Part shown: piece after piece, positions 38,626-49,700 of the stretch
Layout of the letters: every line of letters starts with the position of its first letter
How positions within the stretch are numbered: the stretch's first letter is position 1
Notes under the pieces: generated by a model
Seen by the model: only the letters and a program-made list of their open reading frames with translations
Databases searched by the model: none
Told to the model about the DNA's origin: nothing
Translations under genes and position numbers: made by a program
Source: Mustelus asterias
Lineage: Eukaryota
Assembly (NCBI RefSeq): GCF_964213995.1
Contig: NC_135822.1
Location: forward strand, 60,202,001 to 60,266,000
Length of the DNA: 64,000 nt
Direction: 5' to 3'

Positions 38626-39138
38626 ACTAGCAAGTTGCCAATGTTTCAATGTATGAAATGTGGCAGCCAATTTGTGCACAGTGAGCGGAAATAATGTGCT
38701 CATTGTGTGATAAACTGCCAAACTCGGTGGAAACTCCCTTTTCCTCTTCAAAGTGTTGCCACGGGATATTTAACCACCATGAGGTGGATGGGAGCCACCT
38801 CGTACAGTAAAGTTCTTCCCCAGTATCAACCTTTACTTGTGCTCAAGTCCTCACGTGGGCTTGGACACGGAAACTTCCAACTCGGGCACTGAATGCTATC
38901 AAATTGGCCCTTGTTGGTTTAAAAGTGTTACCTTTCCACAGACAAAAAGCTGCAAATGCTGTTGACGTGAAAGGTCTCAACTAAGACTTTTTCCAGCATT
39001 TTCTGTTTTTATTTCTGCCATTGGTGTGAGTTTGTAATATATGTTAACTCTGCTCGCTGACTCAGTGCCACACCACGTGTACCTTTTGATCCTTTGTGGC
39101 TACCAATTACCAGGTTTTGAATTGTTTTTTATTGTTAT

Positions 39139-39520
39139 TTATCGCCTGCAGCGACAACAATCTAACCCAGGCCCATAATCCCATGTATTTACCCTGACAT
39201 TAAAGGTCATTGTTCTCCCCCTTTCTTTCAAAAGTTTATTTATTTGTGTCACAAGTAGGCTTACATTAACACTGCAATGAAGTTGCTGTGAAAATCCTCT
39301 AGCCGCCACACTCCAGTGCCTGTTCGGGTACACTGAGGGAGAATTTAGCATGGTCAATGCACGTCGTTCGGACGGTGGGAGGAAACCGGAGCACCCGAAA
39401 GAAACCCATGCAGACAGGGAAGGGGGGAGAAAATGCAGACTCTGCACAGTGAGCCAAGCTGGGAATCGAACCTATGTCCATGGCGCTGTGAGGCAGAAGT
39501 GCTAACCACTCTGCCACCCT
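39139..39520 (-). mobile_element. HE1-related SINE with composite B+A tail
   Basis: Head at 39520, type-B tail, then an HE1-type tail segment; junction shared with 50803-51226. Confidence 0.8.
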
Positions 39521-39646
39521 TTGGTTTGACCTCCTTCTGCACTCTCTGTCGGAGAGTCGGTGCAGAGTCGATGGGCCGAATGACCTCCTTCTGCACTGTG
39601 TGTGGGAGAGTCGATGATCCGAATGACCTCGTCCTGCATTCTATCT

Positions 39647-39829
39647 GTAAGAAGTCTAACAACACCAGGTTAAAGTCCAACAGGTTTATTTGGTAGCAAA
39701 TGCCACTAGCTTTCGGAGCGCTGCCCCTTCGTCAGGTGGAGTGGGAGATGTGCCCACCGACTTTAACCTGGTGTTGTTAGACTTCTTACTGTGTTTACCC
39801 CAGTCCAACGCCGGCATCTCCACATCATG
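39647..39829. mobile_element. miniature Penelope-like element with 31-bp inverted repeats and a 12-bp TSD
   Basis: IR arms 39647-39677 and 39759-39789; GCATTCTATCTG repeated at 39636-39647 and 39830-39841; contains a hammerhead. Confidence 0.75.
39703..39739 (-). ncRNA. minimal type-I hammerhead ribozyme (PLE type)
   Basis: Minus strand reads CCAC-CUGACGA-A-GGGGC-AGC-GCUCC-GAAA-GC-UA-GUGG: intact core, stems I and II pair, palindromic AGCU stem III. Confidence 0.75.
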
Positions 39830-40019
39830 GCATTCTATCTGCCGGTAGCTTTGGTTTTCAGGCAAAACAAGATCCTGTGATGTGTAGGTTTACGATGTCG
39901 ACCTTCTCTCCCTTACTAATTTCTATCCACTGCACTCGCAGTGAACCTTTCCACCTTCTCCTTCTTCACCCCTTTTAGAAATGAGTTTCCATGCTGTAAA
40001 CCTCTATGAGTGAAGCCAC

Positions 40020-40750
40020 CGCGGTTTGAATGGAAGAGCGGTTCCCCTCCCCGTCTTTCTTTCTCCCCCCCCCCCATCAAACTCTGGGAGGTCATGGAAC
40101 GTGCAATCCGGTGACGTCCGTTGGTTGCCTGGGAACGGAATTTGGATACATTTGAAGGGCAGGTGCCTGGCCAATCAGCGGCAGGGGGCTCGGTGGTTAC
40201 ATTCCCCGCGGGCAGCCAATAGGGGCGAGGCAGAGGCGGGCAGCGTCCCGCCTTGTTGCGAACGTCAAAGGGGGAAGTACAGCAGGTACAGGCAGCTGGA
40301 GCATCCTTACTGTCCCCGGGACCAGCAGCCAAGCATGGCTCACAGCACCGCTTCCCTGGCCAGGAGCCTGGGCAGGCTCTGTCTTCAGCACCGCCAACTG
40401 CACATCAGCGCCCCGAGGTAGGTATCTACTTGCCCCCACCCCACACACACAACCCCCCTCTTGGCCAGTGTGTGTGTGTGTGGACCCTTGTATGTGGCAG
40501 GACGAGGATGCGTGTCCTCGGCTGTGCTGATCAGTGTGAGCCAAGGGCGGGTGGAGGCTGCTTGCTTGCTGCATGATGAAATATCTCCAGCTGCTTACGC
40601 GTCCCATTCAACACGGCGGGGAGGTCTCTCTCTCTCTGCTTCTCTCTCAATTCATTGTCTGCAAAGATCCGGCAATAAAAACTACCCAAGGCGACCGTGG
40701 AAATAAAACGCTGCCCGATCAGCGGATTTCCGCTGTCTGATTCCACTCGG
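40020..40750 (+). promoter_or_regulatory. MTHFD2 CpG-island promoter and proximal intron 1 elements
   Basis: TGACGT at ~40112, CCAAT at ~40171 and ~40216, GC boxes, CARE-like TGATGAAAT at 40574-40582. Confidence 0.75.
40335..40417 (+). CDS. MTHFD2: MTHFD2 exon 1 (mitochondrial transit peptide [28 protein letters not shown])
   Basis: Kozak agcATGG in a CpG island; AG|gtaggt donor; phase 2 fits exon 2. Confidence 0.85.
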
Positions 40751-43700
40751 TTGTCTTTTATGTGAGCGAGAGGATGAGATATTCACAACTTTTATTCATT
40801 GAAATTACAGTGAAACTTAGAAGAGCTGTGCACGATTTGTAAATTGTATCCACTGACTCCCCCCCCCCCGGTCTCTCTCCTCTTGTGGGGCGGAAGTAAA
40901 AGTGAACAATTTCTTGAGAAAAAATAAAAAAACACACGTAATCTTGCCAACATTGTGTGTGGCAAGTAGGCTGGTTCCTGCTTGAAACAAAAACAGAAAA
41001 TGCTGGAAAATCTCAGCAGGTCTGACAGCATCTATGGGGAGAGAGAACAGACAAACGTTTCAAGTCTAGATGAGCCCCTCAGAGCAGGTTCCTGGTTCCG
41101 GCTGTTGTGACCCACATGGTATTTTTCGCCCTGTAGCCTCCTGTCTAAAAAAAAATTCTTTCCGACCAAATCTCAATGCCCCAAGTTCAGGCGTTGCAGC
41201 AAAGCCAATTTTGTCCTCCAATAAGTTCGACGTGTAACCTAAATTTAGAAGCGTTATCGTGTTTCCTGGCCGGTTAGTGCCAATATTCGAATCACATTCC
41301 CCCTCCCACCCCCCCATGCTATTTAGCTTTTCCACCTCGCTAGGGCAGTAAAGCGCATAGCATGCGCGACCAACTTCAATCAGGATCTTGATCAGCTCAT
41401 TCTCTTTGAAGGCTCAAACCCAAGTCCATTTTCTGGCAAAGTGATCCAAATATTCTCTCTCTCCGGGATTTTTTTTTGTATTTTGCAAGTTGATTTTATT
41501 TGTCGGGAGACTTCTGTGTTGTGGCTTCTACATGAAACCATGGTACTGAATGGAAACTAAGTGTAGAGCAAATAATTGCATTAGTCAATGCCATTTAATT
41601 GCATTTCAGTTGAGAAGGCTTTTGACAAAAGCCTGTCTTGCAGATTGACTCCATAGGAGACTTCTCAGATGTTTGAAGTTCCTTATTTGACCATCTTCAA
41701 TTGCCATTCTTTTTAAGCCCATGGGGTTCTTTAAAAGGTCCACCTCTCAATAGCAGCTGTCAATTCTAAATCAGGAGCTTGGATAGTTACCCAGCCTCAG
41801 TTCCGTCAGTTTCCAGGAATCGTGAGTTGCAACTTCCAGGAAGATCTGTTTAAGCTCAGTTCACGGCTAGTGTAAGTATCGTAACTGGTGAAATGCTTTT
41901 AGTTGGTGACATGTCATGGCACAGGTTAGTCAGGAACCTGCCATAGTTACTTCAGCTCTTTCCTGGACATTTGACCATTTCTTTTACCACGAGCTCACTT
42001 CTACCATTGGAATCGTTTAATAGTTGATATGGGCGGCACAGTGGCATGGTGGTTAGCACTGCTTTCACAGCGCCAGGGTCCCGGGTTCAATTCTGGCCTC
42101 GGGTCACTCCCTATGTGGAGTGTGCACATTCTCCCTGTGTCTGTGTGGGTTTTCTCCGGGTGCCCCGGTTTCCTCCCACAGATGTGTGGGTTAAGTGGAT
42201 TGGTCATGCTAAATTGACCCTAGTGTCAAGGGGGATTAGCAGGGTAAATGTGTGGGTTTACGGGAATAGGGCATGGGTGGGATTGTGGTCGGTACAGACT
42301 TAATGGGCCAATTGTCTCCTTCTGTACTGCAGGGATTCTATGAAATTATCTCTATCATATTTTGTGGCCAGATTTGGTTATCTAGTTATGTTGAATCATC
42401 CATTAATGCATTGCGTGCCAAAACTAAATTGGGAGTTTGTGTCCAGTTTTCTTGTTGCTATTTTGAACATATTAAGCATGTTGCGCATTTCAAAGAACAA
42501 AGAAAATTACAGCACAGGAACAGGCCCTTCGGCCCTCCAAGCTTGCACCGACCATGCTTCTCTACTTAACTGAAGCCCCCTACCCTTCCGGGGACCATAT
42601 CCCTCTATTCCCATCCTATTCATGTATTTGTCAAGACGCCTCTTAAAAGTCCGCTTCCACTACCTCCCCCGTCAACGAGTTCGAGGCACCCACCACCCCT
42701 GTGTAAAAAAAAAAAAAATCTGCCTCCTACATCTCCTTTAAACCTTGCCCCTCGCATCTTAAACCTGTGCCCCCTAGTAATTGACTCTTTCACCCTGGGA
42801 GAAAGCTTCTGAATATTTCATGCGGTTGTATTCCTTCAACGCATTTAGTCACTAAGAGTAATTTTTATGGGGAGGGATACTAGTAGCTGGATGAGGCCTC
42901 TTTGAAATGGAGCTACGAGTAGCCCAGCATGTTGGGCTGGTTAAAACTTTCAAATTTAAATAGTGGTTGAAGCACTCTTGATTTAAAGTTTAATATTTGT
43001 TCCACTGCCTGTCATTTGTCCACCCAACTCCCCAAAGTTGTCAGCGCTTGTAATCGAGGGTCAGCAAGGTAAAGTAAGGTTTATGCTCATGGGCATCACT
43101 TAAAATACAAGAACAGATGGATTTCCTCCTTGTCGTAGCTCAGAGCCCAAGCTTTGTGAAGTTTCTCTGTTGTGACTGGTTGACATGTTTTGATCTGTTG
43201 CAGTGTCTGCTCATCTTCATTGGGCTTTCGTGTTCTAACTCCTCCTTTATTAGGCTTCCTGAAAAGCTTAAATTCATGGCAAAAAGCACAAAAACATAGA
43301 TACTCTGCCTTTTAGAAAGTTGCTCTCTCTCCCAATGTTCAGAATTCCCATTACTATCAAACTATTCAGTCAGTGTTGTTTGAAACCTTTTTTTCAATCC
43401 TTTTAAATGCCTTGACTTTCTAAGAAATAGAATGTTTTAGTGCTGGTAGCCAACTACTCCCATTACCAAAGTGACTGTTTAAGTGGGAGGTTGGATAGCT
43501 GGTCTCTGTCGATCATTGAGCACTAAAAACTCTCACCCTATGGCTCCATAAGCACTTTTGAATGGAGTCTTTGGATAAAGATCTGGGGTAGGGATCCAAG
43601 CAAGTGATCCTTCAATTGCAAATCTATCAATTGCAGTTTTGAACATGGCCGCTGGTCAGACAAACAATCCAACATACGGTCTTGAATGAATTCCAGTTTC

Positions 43701-46700
43701 TTGCAGCTTAATCTAATTGTGTTTAGCCCCAGCCACAATCACCAATTCCTCACTTGCCAATTCCACGACTGTCTTGAGCAAGACTGTAGCTTTGGTGCAC
43801 TCTTCAAACCCCATATGCAAAATTATGTGGCCTATATGATATAAGGAATGACATTGAGTTTCATGTGGAATGAAGACAAAACATCCAAAACAAAACTAAA
43901 GATGCTGGAAATCTGAAAATACTTGAAGGTCAAGCAACCTCTATGATGAGAGTTAATGTTTCAGGTTGATAAACTTTAATCAGAACTGGGAAAAGTTATA
44001 GACGTAACAGGCTTTAAGCAAAAGCAGAGGCAGGGGAAGAGCAGAAGGAAATGTGTATGCTGGAGAAGAGGTTCAGCAAACATTGCAGTTATGGTTAAAT
44101 CACAAGAATCAGTCAAATTATTTAAAAACATGTGCTTTTGCCAATTTTTCTCATCGCAATCATCTTGGAGAAGAATGAGTCTTTAGACGCTGAAATAGAA
44201 TGTATCCAAGATTGTAAATGTTCAGCAATCTTTCATCTGTGGTTCATAAGATTACTCAGCAAGAATGGGACATTAATTCCATGATTAATTAAAATATATT
44301 GTGAAAAAGTGTGGCAATACTTAAACTTCAGGATTCTGGAGGCATCTTTGCATTCAAGCTTCTATATGTTGGTTTGCGTGCACCGCTCTCTGTTGGAACA
44401 TGTGCTGTTGGAACACATGTATCATCATTACCACAGGTGATTCCAAGGATCTATCCTTGGCCACCTGCTATTTCTCATCTATGTACTTCCTCTCGGAAGA
44501 TGCTCCACTTCCAAGATTACATTGGCGAAATGCAGCTCTACCTTGACCATTCCACTGTCTCTCACTCGTTGGGCTGTTTGTTCGATAACCGTAGATGAAG
44601 AAAAGTTTCCTTCACTAAATATTGTGAAAAGCTAATTCATTCTCTTTCTTCCCTAACCACTAATCACCTGGCTGCAGTGTCTTATTTGACCCTACAATGA
44701 GCTTCTGACTGCACATTCGCACAATCACTAAAATCACCTATTTACAGCACTGTAACGTCTGTTATCTGCTGCTCAAAAACTCCCATCGATCCAAGCCTTT
44801 GTTACCTCTAGACTTGACTATTCTGTAACTTGAGGTCACCGAAAACTCTGTTCACTGTGTCCTGACTCTCCATGAAGTCCTATTCACCCATCACCCCATG
44901 CTTGCTGATCTACTTTGCCTCACAGTTAAACAGTGCTTCAATTTTAACATCCTCATCCTTGTTTTACAATCATTCTGTGGCCTCTCTCATTATCATCTGA
45001 TAGTTTTGTTCTCTTGGACATTCCTGATTAATCCCTCCACCATTGGTAACTACGCCTTCAGCTGCCTGGCCCCTGGACTCCTGAACACTTTTCCTAAATC
45101 TCCATACCTCTCTCCTTTTCCTCAGTTAAGACCTATCTTATCTCTTTGATCAAGCTTTTGTTCATTCCTAATATCTCCTTGTGTGGATCAGTGTTAAACT
45201 TGTTTAACGCTGCTGTGAAGTGCCTTGGGACCATTTACTGCATTAAAGGCCTATGCAAGTTCAAATTGTTGTTGGTTGTCCCTGCTGTTGTTAAATGGGC
45301 TCAGTATTACGGCGACTCAACAATATTCTGTCTCTTTCATTCACCCATTGTTCCTGTTCTCTATCTACGCTGGTTCCTCATTCCAATGTTATAATTTTGC
45401 CTTGCTATCCTTGTATTCTCACCCCTCCAAAGCCTTTGCTCCTGATTTCTCTGACCTATTAAAGCTCTGGAGTCCATTAAGCTTTCAGTTCCTTTGTGTC
45501 TCCTGCAGGCTATCAGGCTACTAGCACTTAGAAGTCCGATTTTTTGGAAAGTCAAGGCATTTAAAAGGTTTGAAAAAAGATTTCAAATAACACTGACTGA
45601 ATAGTCTGATAGTAATGGGAATTCTGAACAAGCTATAACATTGGGAAAGAGAGCAACTTTCCAAAACGCATAGCATCTATGTTTCTGCGCTTTTTACCAT
45701 CTTGTGTGTTACTCCATCTTCAGCCCACCATAACTGGAGCTACTTAAGCCCCACACTATGTAAATCTCTTGCCCCTTTTGAGACCTGTCCCTCTCTTTCC
45801 AAAATTTCAGACATCCTACTTAAAGCTCCTTCTTTACTTCTGGCTTCTGCAGAATGCTTAAGGTTGTTTCTCCAAGTTGCATCAGTCATGCTGATATCAA
45901 GTGCAAAGTCTTCAAATGTACAATTTGTTTAGAAATTAGCCAACCAAGAACAACCAACTTGGAATTGATGAGGCCAGTTGACATAGTAAATGTGAACTTT
46001 TAGAAGACATCCATCAAAGTATTTGATTTATTATTGTCACATGTATTGGGATACAGTAAAAAGTATTGTTTCTTGTGTGTTATTCAGACAAAGCATACTG
46101 TACATAGAGAAGGAAAGAAGAGAGTGGAGAATGTAGTGTTACAGTCATAACTAGGGTGTAGAAAAAGATCAACTTAATGTGAGGTAGGTCCATTCAAAAG
46201 TCTAATTCCTGTGCTGGAAGAAGCTGTTCTTGAGTCGGTTGGTACGTGACCTCAGATTTTTTGTATCTTTTTCCCGACGGAAGAAGGTGGAAGAGAGAAT
46301 GTCCGGGGTGCGTGGGATCCTTGATTATGTTGGCTGCTTTTCTGAGGCCATTCAGGTGTCATGTCTATAAATAAATGTAGCAACATAGATGGAAAGTTGA
46401 TTAATGGGTATAAAACAAAAACTTGGGGTAAATTAATGTTGAATGCATGAGTGAAGAGTTGGAGCCTCCTCAGGAATTGGCGTTCGTGTGCACTTTTGTA
46501 TTTCTTAATTTCAAAAAAGGATCGAGATTTGATATGGGAAGCCCATTCTCAAATGGGGCAAAATATATGGCTTGGTGAACAGTTGAGGGCAACATGAAAA
46601 GGCAGGGGAGGGGACAAAATGGTAGAAGTTGCAATCTGCTTTCGGTTCAAGCATGAAGTGGTATATTTCAGAATTTAAAAATAAATGCAAATGTACACAT

Positions 46701-49700
46701 AATTGAAAAATGCTGTGGACAAACAACTAGACTGAGTAAATGAAATATTTTAATTTTATTAATGGGAGCAAAGAGAATGAGTAAGAAAGTAATAAATTAG
46801 TGCAAAACGTTGGTTAGGTAGCAGCCCTGTGCAATTTGGGTTATCACTGAAAAAAGGGAGTAGAAACCACAGAATGCGTGGGTGGAGTTAGCTTATTTTA
46901 GGAGAGAATTGTAAATTTGGGAAAGACTTGAGCAGCTTGTCGTATTCCCATTAGAGCTGAAGAGGCTTTCTTAATTAACTTCTTCTTATCCTGAAGGGTT
47001 GTGGTAGTGAACAGCCAAAAATGATTTCCTCTCCTTGAGAAGTTAGAATCATAGAATCCGACATTGCAGGAAGAGATCATCCTACCCAGGCTCTATCCCC
47101 ATAACCCCATGGATTTACCCTAGCTAGTGCCCCTGATACTAAGGGGCAATTTAGCATGGCCAATCCACCTAACCCGCACATCTTTGGACTGTGGGAGGAA
47201 ACTAGAGCACCTGGAGGAAACCCACGCAAGAAAAACATGCAAGCTCCACATAGACAGTCACCCAAGCCAGGAATGGAACCCGGGTCTTTGGCGCTGTGAG
47301 CAGCAGTGCTAACCACTGTACCACCGTGTTGCTTGAAGTTGGTGCCTTCAGAATGAGAAAAGAGGCTAAGAGAAATCTCTTTGTTGAGGGCTGTGGCATT
47401 ATTGGGTCATCTTGGGCTTGGGGCATTGTGAAATTGGATAAATATTTGCAATTGAAGAGGCAGGGTAAGGAGCAGGGCTGGGAGTGTTCCAGCTAAGCGC
47501 TGATATATGCACAATGAATCATTTTCATGATTTATTTATTAGTCATAAGCATGTGATCCATTCAGACAATGAAACTGGTCTGGCAAGATTTCTAAGATGG
47601 CACGCATATATTTGGTTAAAATTCAGCTTTGGAGATCCCAATTAAGAATCTGAAACCTTCACAAGTACTTCTGTGCTCCCTCCTTGTCAAATTTTCTTGG
47701 CCTTCTTTTAATTGCAGAAGTGAAGCAGTGATCATCTCCGGTAGAAGACTTGCGAGGCAGATCCAAAGAGAGGCCAAGCTTGACGTGGAGAACTGGGTTG
47801 CTGATGGGAACAGGAGACCACATCTCAGTGTTGTCCTGGTTGGGGACAACCCAGCCAGCCATTCCTATGTGAAAAACAAAACAAAAGCCGCTGCTGATGT
47901 AGGTATGGATCTCAACGCATTGTGTCTGTGTTACCACTACAGTCTGTTTCATGGAACACCAATGTTGAAAGCATTCACTTAGTCCGTTTCAGCTGCACCT
48001 GAGACTTTTCATTGCAGAAAGCGCAAATCACATTTTTTTGTTTGAACATTGGTTCTGGGAGCCTGCAGTTTGTGCACATTTCTTCTGCTGATTTGGAGTC
48101 CTCTTCTTTGTTTGCCGCAAGTCTTAAATGAGGGTATTGAGAGGGAATTTGAAGAGAAAATGTCATTTACACTGTTCCATAATGCTCAAGTATTTTAAGT
48201 ATAGGGCAGCACAGTAGTTAACATTGGAATTAGGAGCAGAAGTAGACAAATACAGCCCTTCGAGCTCACTCTACCATTCAATCAGATCATGGCTGACCTT
48301 TCCCTGGTCTCAAATCCACCTCCCCATCTGTTCCCAATATTGCCTTATCCCTTTTTTTATCAGGATTATATCTATCTCCTTCTTGAAACCATTCAACTGC
48401 TGCCTCTCAGTGCCAGTGACCTGGGTTCGATTCCCGGCTTGCGTCACTGTGCGGAGTCTGCGCATCTGTGTGGGTTTCCTCCGGGTGCTCTGGTTTCCTC
48501 CCACAGTCTGAAAGACGTGCTGGTTAGGTGCATGCTAAATTCTCCCTCAGTGTAACCCGAACAGGCGCTGGAGTGTGGCAACCAGGGGATTTTTAACATT
48601 TTAAAAAAAGTTTATGTATTAGTATCGCAAGTAGGCTTACGTTAACACTGCAATGAAGTTACTGTGAAAATCCACGGGTCACCACACTCTGGCGCCTGTT
48701 CGGGTGCACTGAGGGAGAATGTGGCATAGCCAATGCACCTAACCAGCACGTCTTTCGTATTGTGGGAGGAAACTGGAACACCCGGAGGGAATCCATGCAG
48801 ACACTGGGAGAACATGCAAACTCTATCCCCAGTAACTTAATTGCAGTGTTACTGTCAGCCTACTTGTGACACTAATTTTTAAAAAATGAACTTTAGTAAA
48901 CTCTTTTTCTTAGTCTAAGATGAAACATTTGGGCCTTCTGGAAGCTATCATCAGAATATGAGGCTTGAATTGCACATGACTAAGAACCTACTTTTACCTT
49001 CCTGATTTAGCTTTTAGTGTGTTCCTGCAAAGCGTCAGAATTGCAGAGTTAACGCCGTAAACCATTGGTGCGAATCGCAAAATTTTGTGCAAGACCTTTC
49101 TGGGATTTTAGAGACGTCTTTTAAATGGCTGTATGTTAATCTGGGAGAAGAGGGGCAATATCTGCGAGTAGAAATTTAGCATTGTGACCAGAGTGTTTCA
49201 AGATGACCAGTGTTCTGATGTGCCAGTTGTAGAACAGAAGAAGGTCTGTAATGAAAAGAGCAGCAACTGCAGATGTGCAATGATTTTCCTGCCAGAAAAT
49301 TCTCCCCTTCCTTTGGCTCGATGTGAACTTTCGTCTGTGAAGCACCTTGTCATGTTTTTTGACTTTAAAGGAGTTATGTGAATAGAAATCGTTGCCGTGT
49401 TCCAGTAAATCGAACTTCTTCTTTCCTTCTGAAAAATCTATTGGGTGAATAATTCAAATTACAATAAAATGAAATTTGTAGGTCAAAAGGATAGTAAAAG
49501 AGGAAGGAAAGTTTGTTGGGGGGGGTGGGGCGCGTGTGTGAGAGGGAAGAGTAGAATGCGAGAACAGCATTGAATCCTCCAAAGCTGGCTTAGTGAAAGG
49601 CATGTAAGAACTTGTGACTTGGCAAGCCACTATCTTATCTTGCCAGCTCCAGCTTCCTGCTGCCAAATGGACAGTGAATTTTAATCACAGGTTACGCACC

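Noticed and set aside
39916-40746. Overlapping 107-138 aa ORFs at the MTHFD2 promoter
   Set aside because: GC-rich open frames; only 40335-40417 fits the spliced gene.
43945-43990. Further hammerhead-like motifs (also near 41060, 51672 and 54967)
   Set aside because: Core or stem mutations (e.g. CUGAUUA, deletions, ACAU instead of palindromic ACGU); treated as decayed copies.
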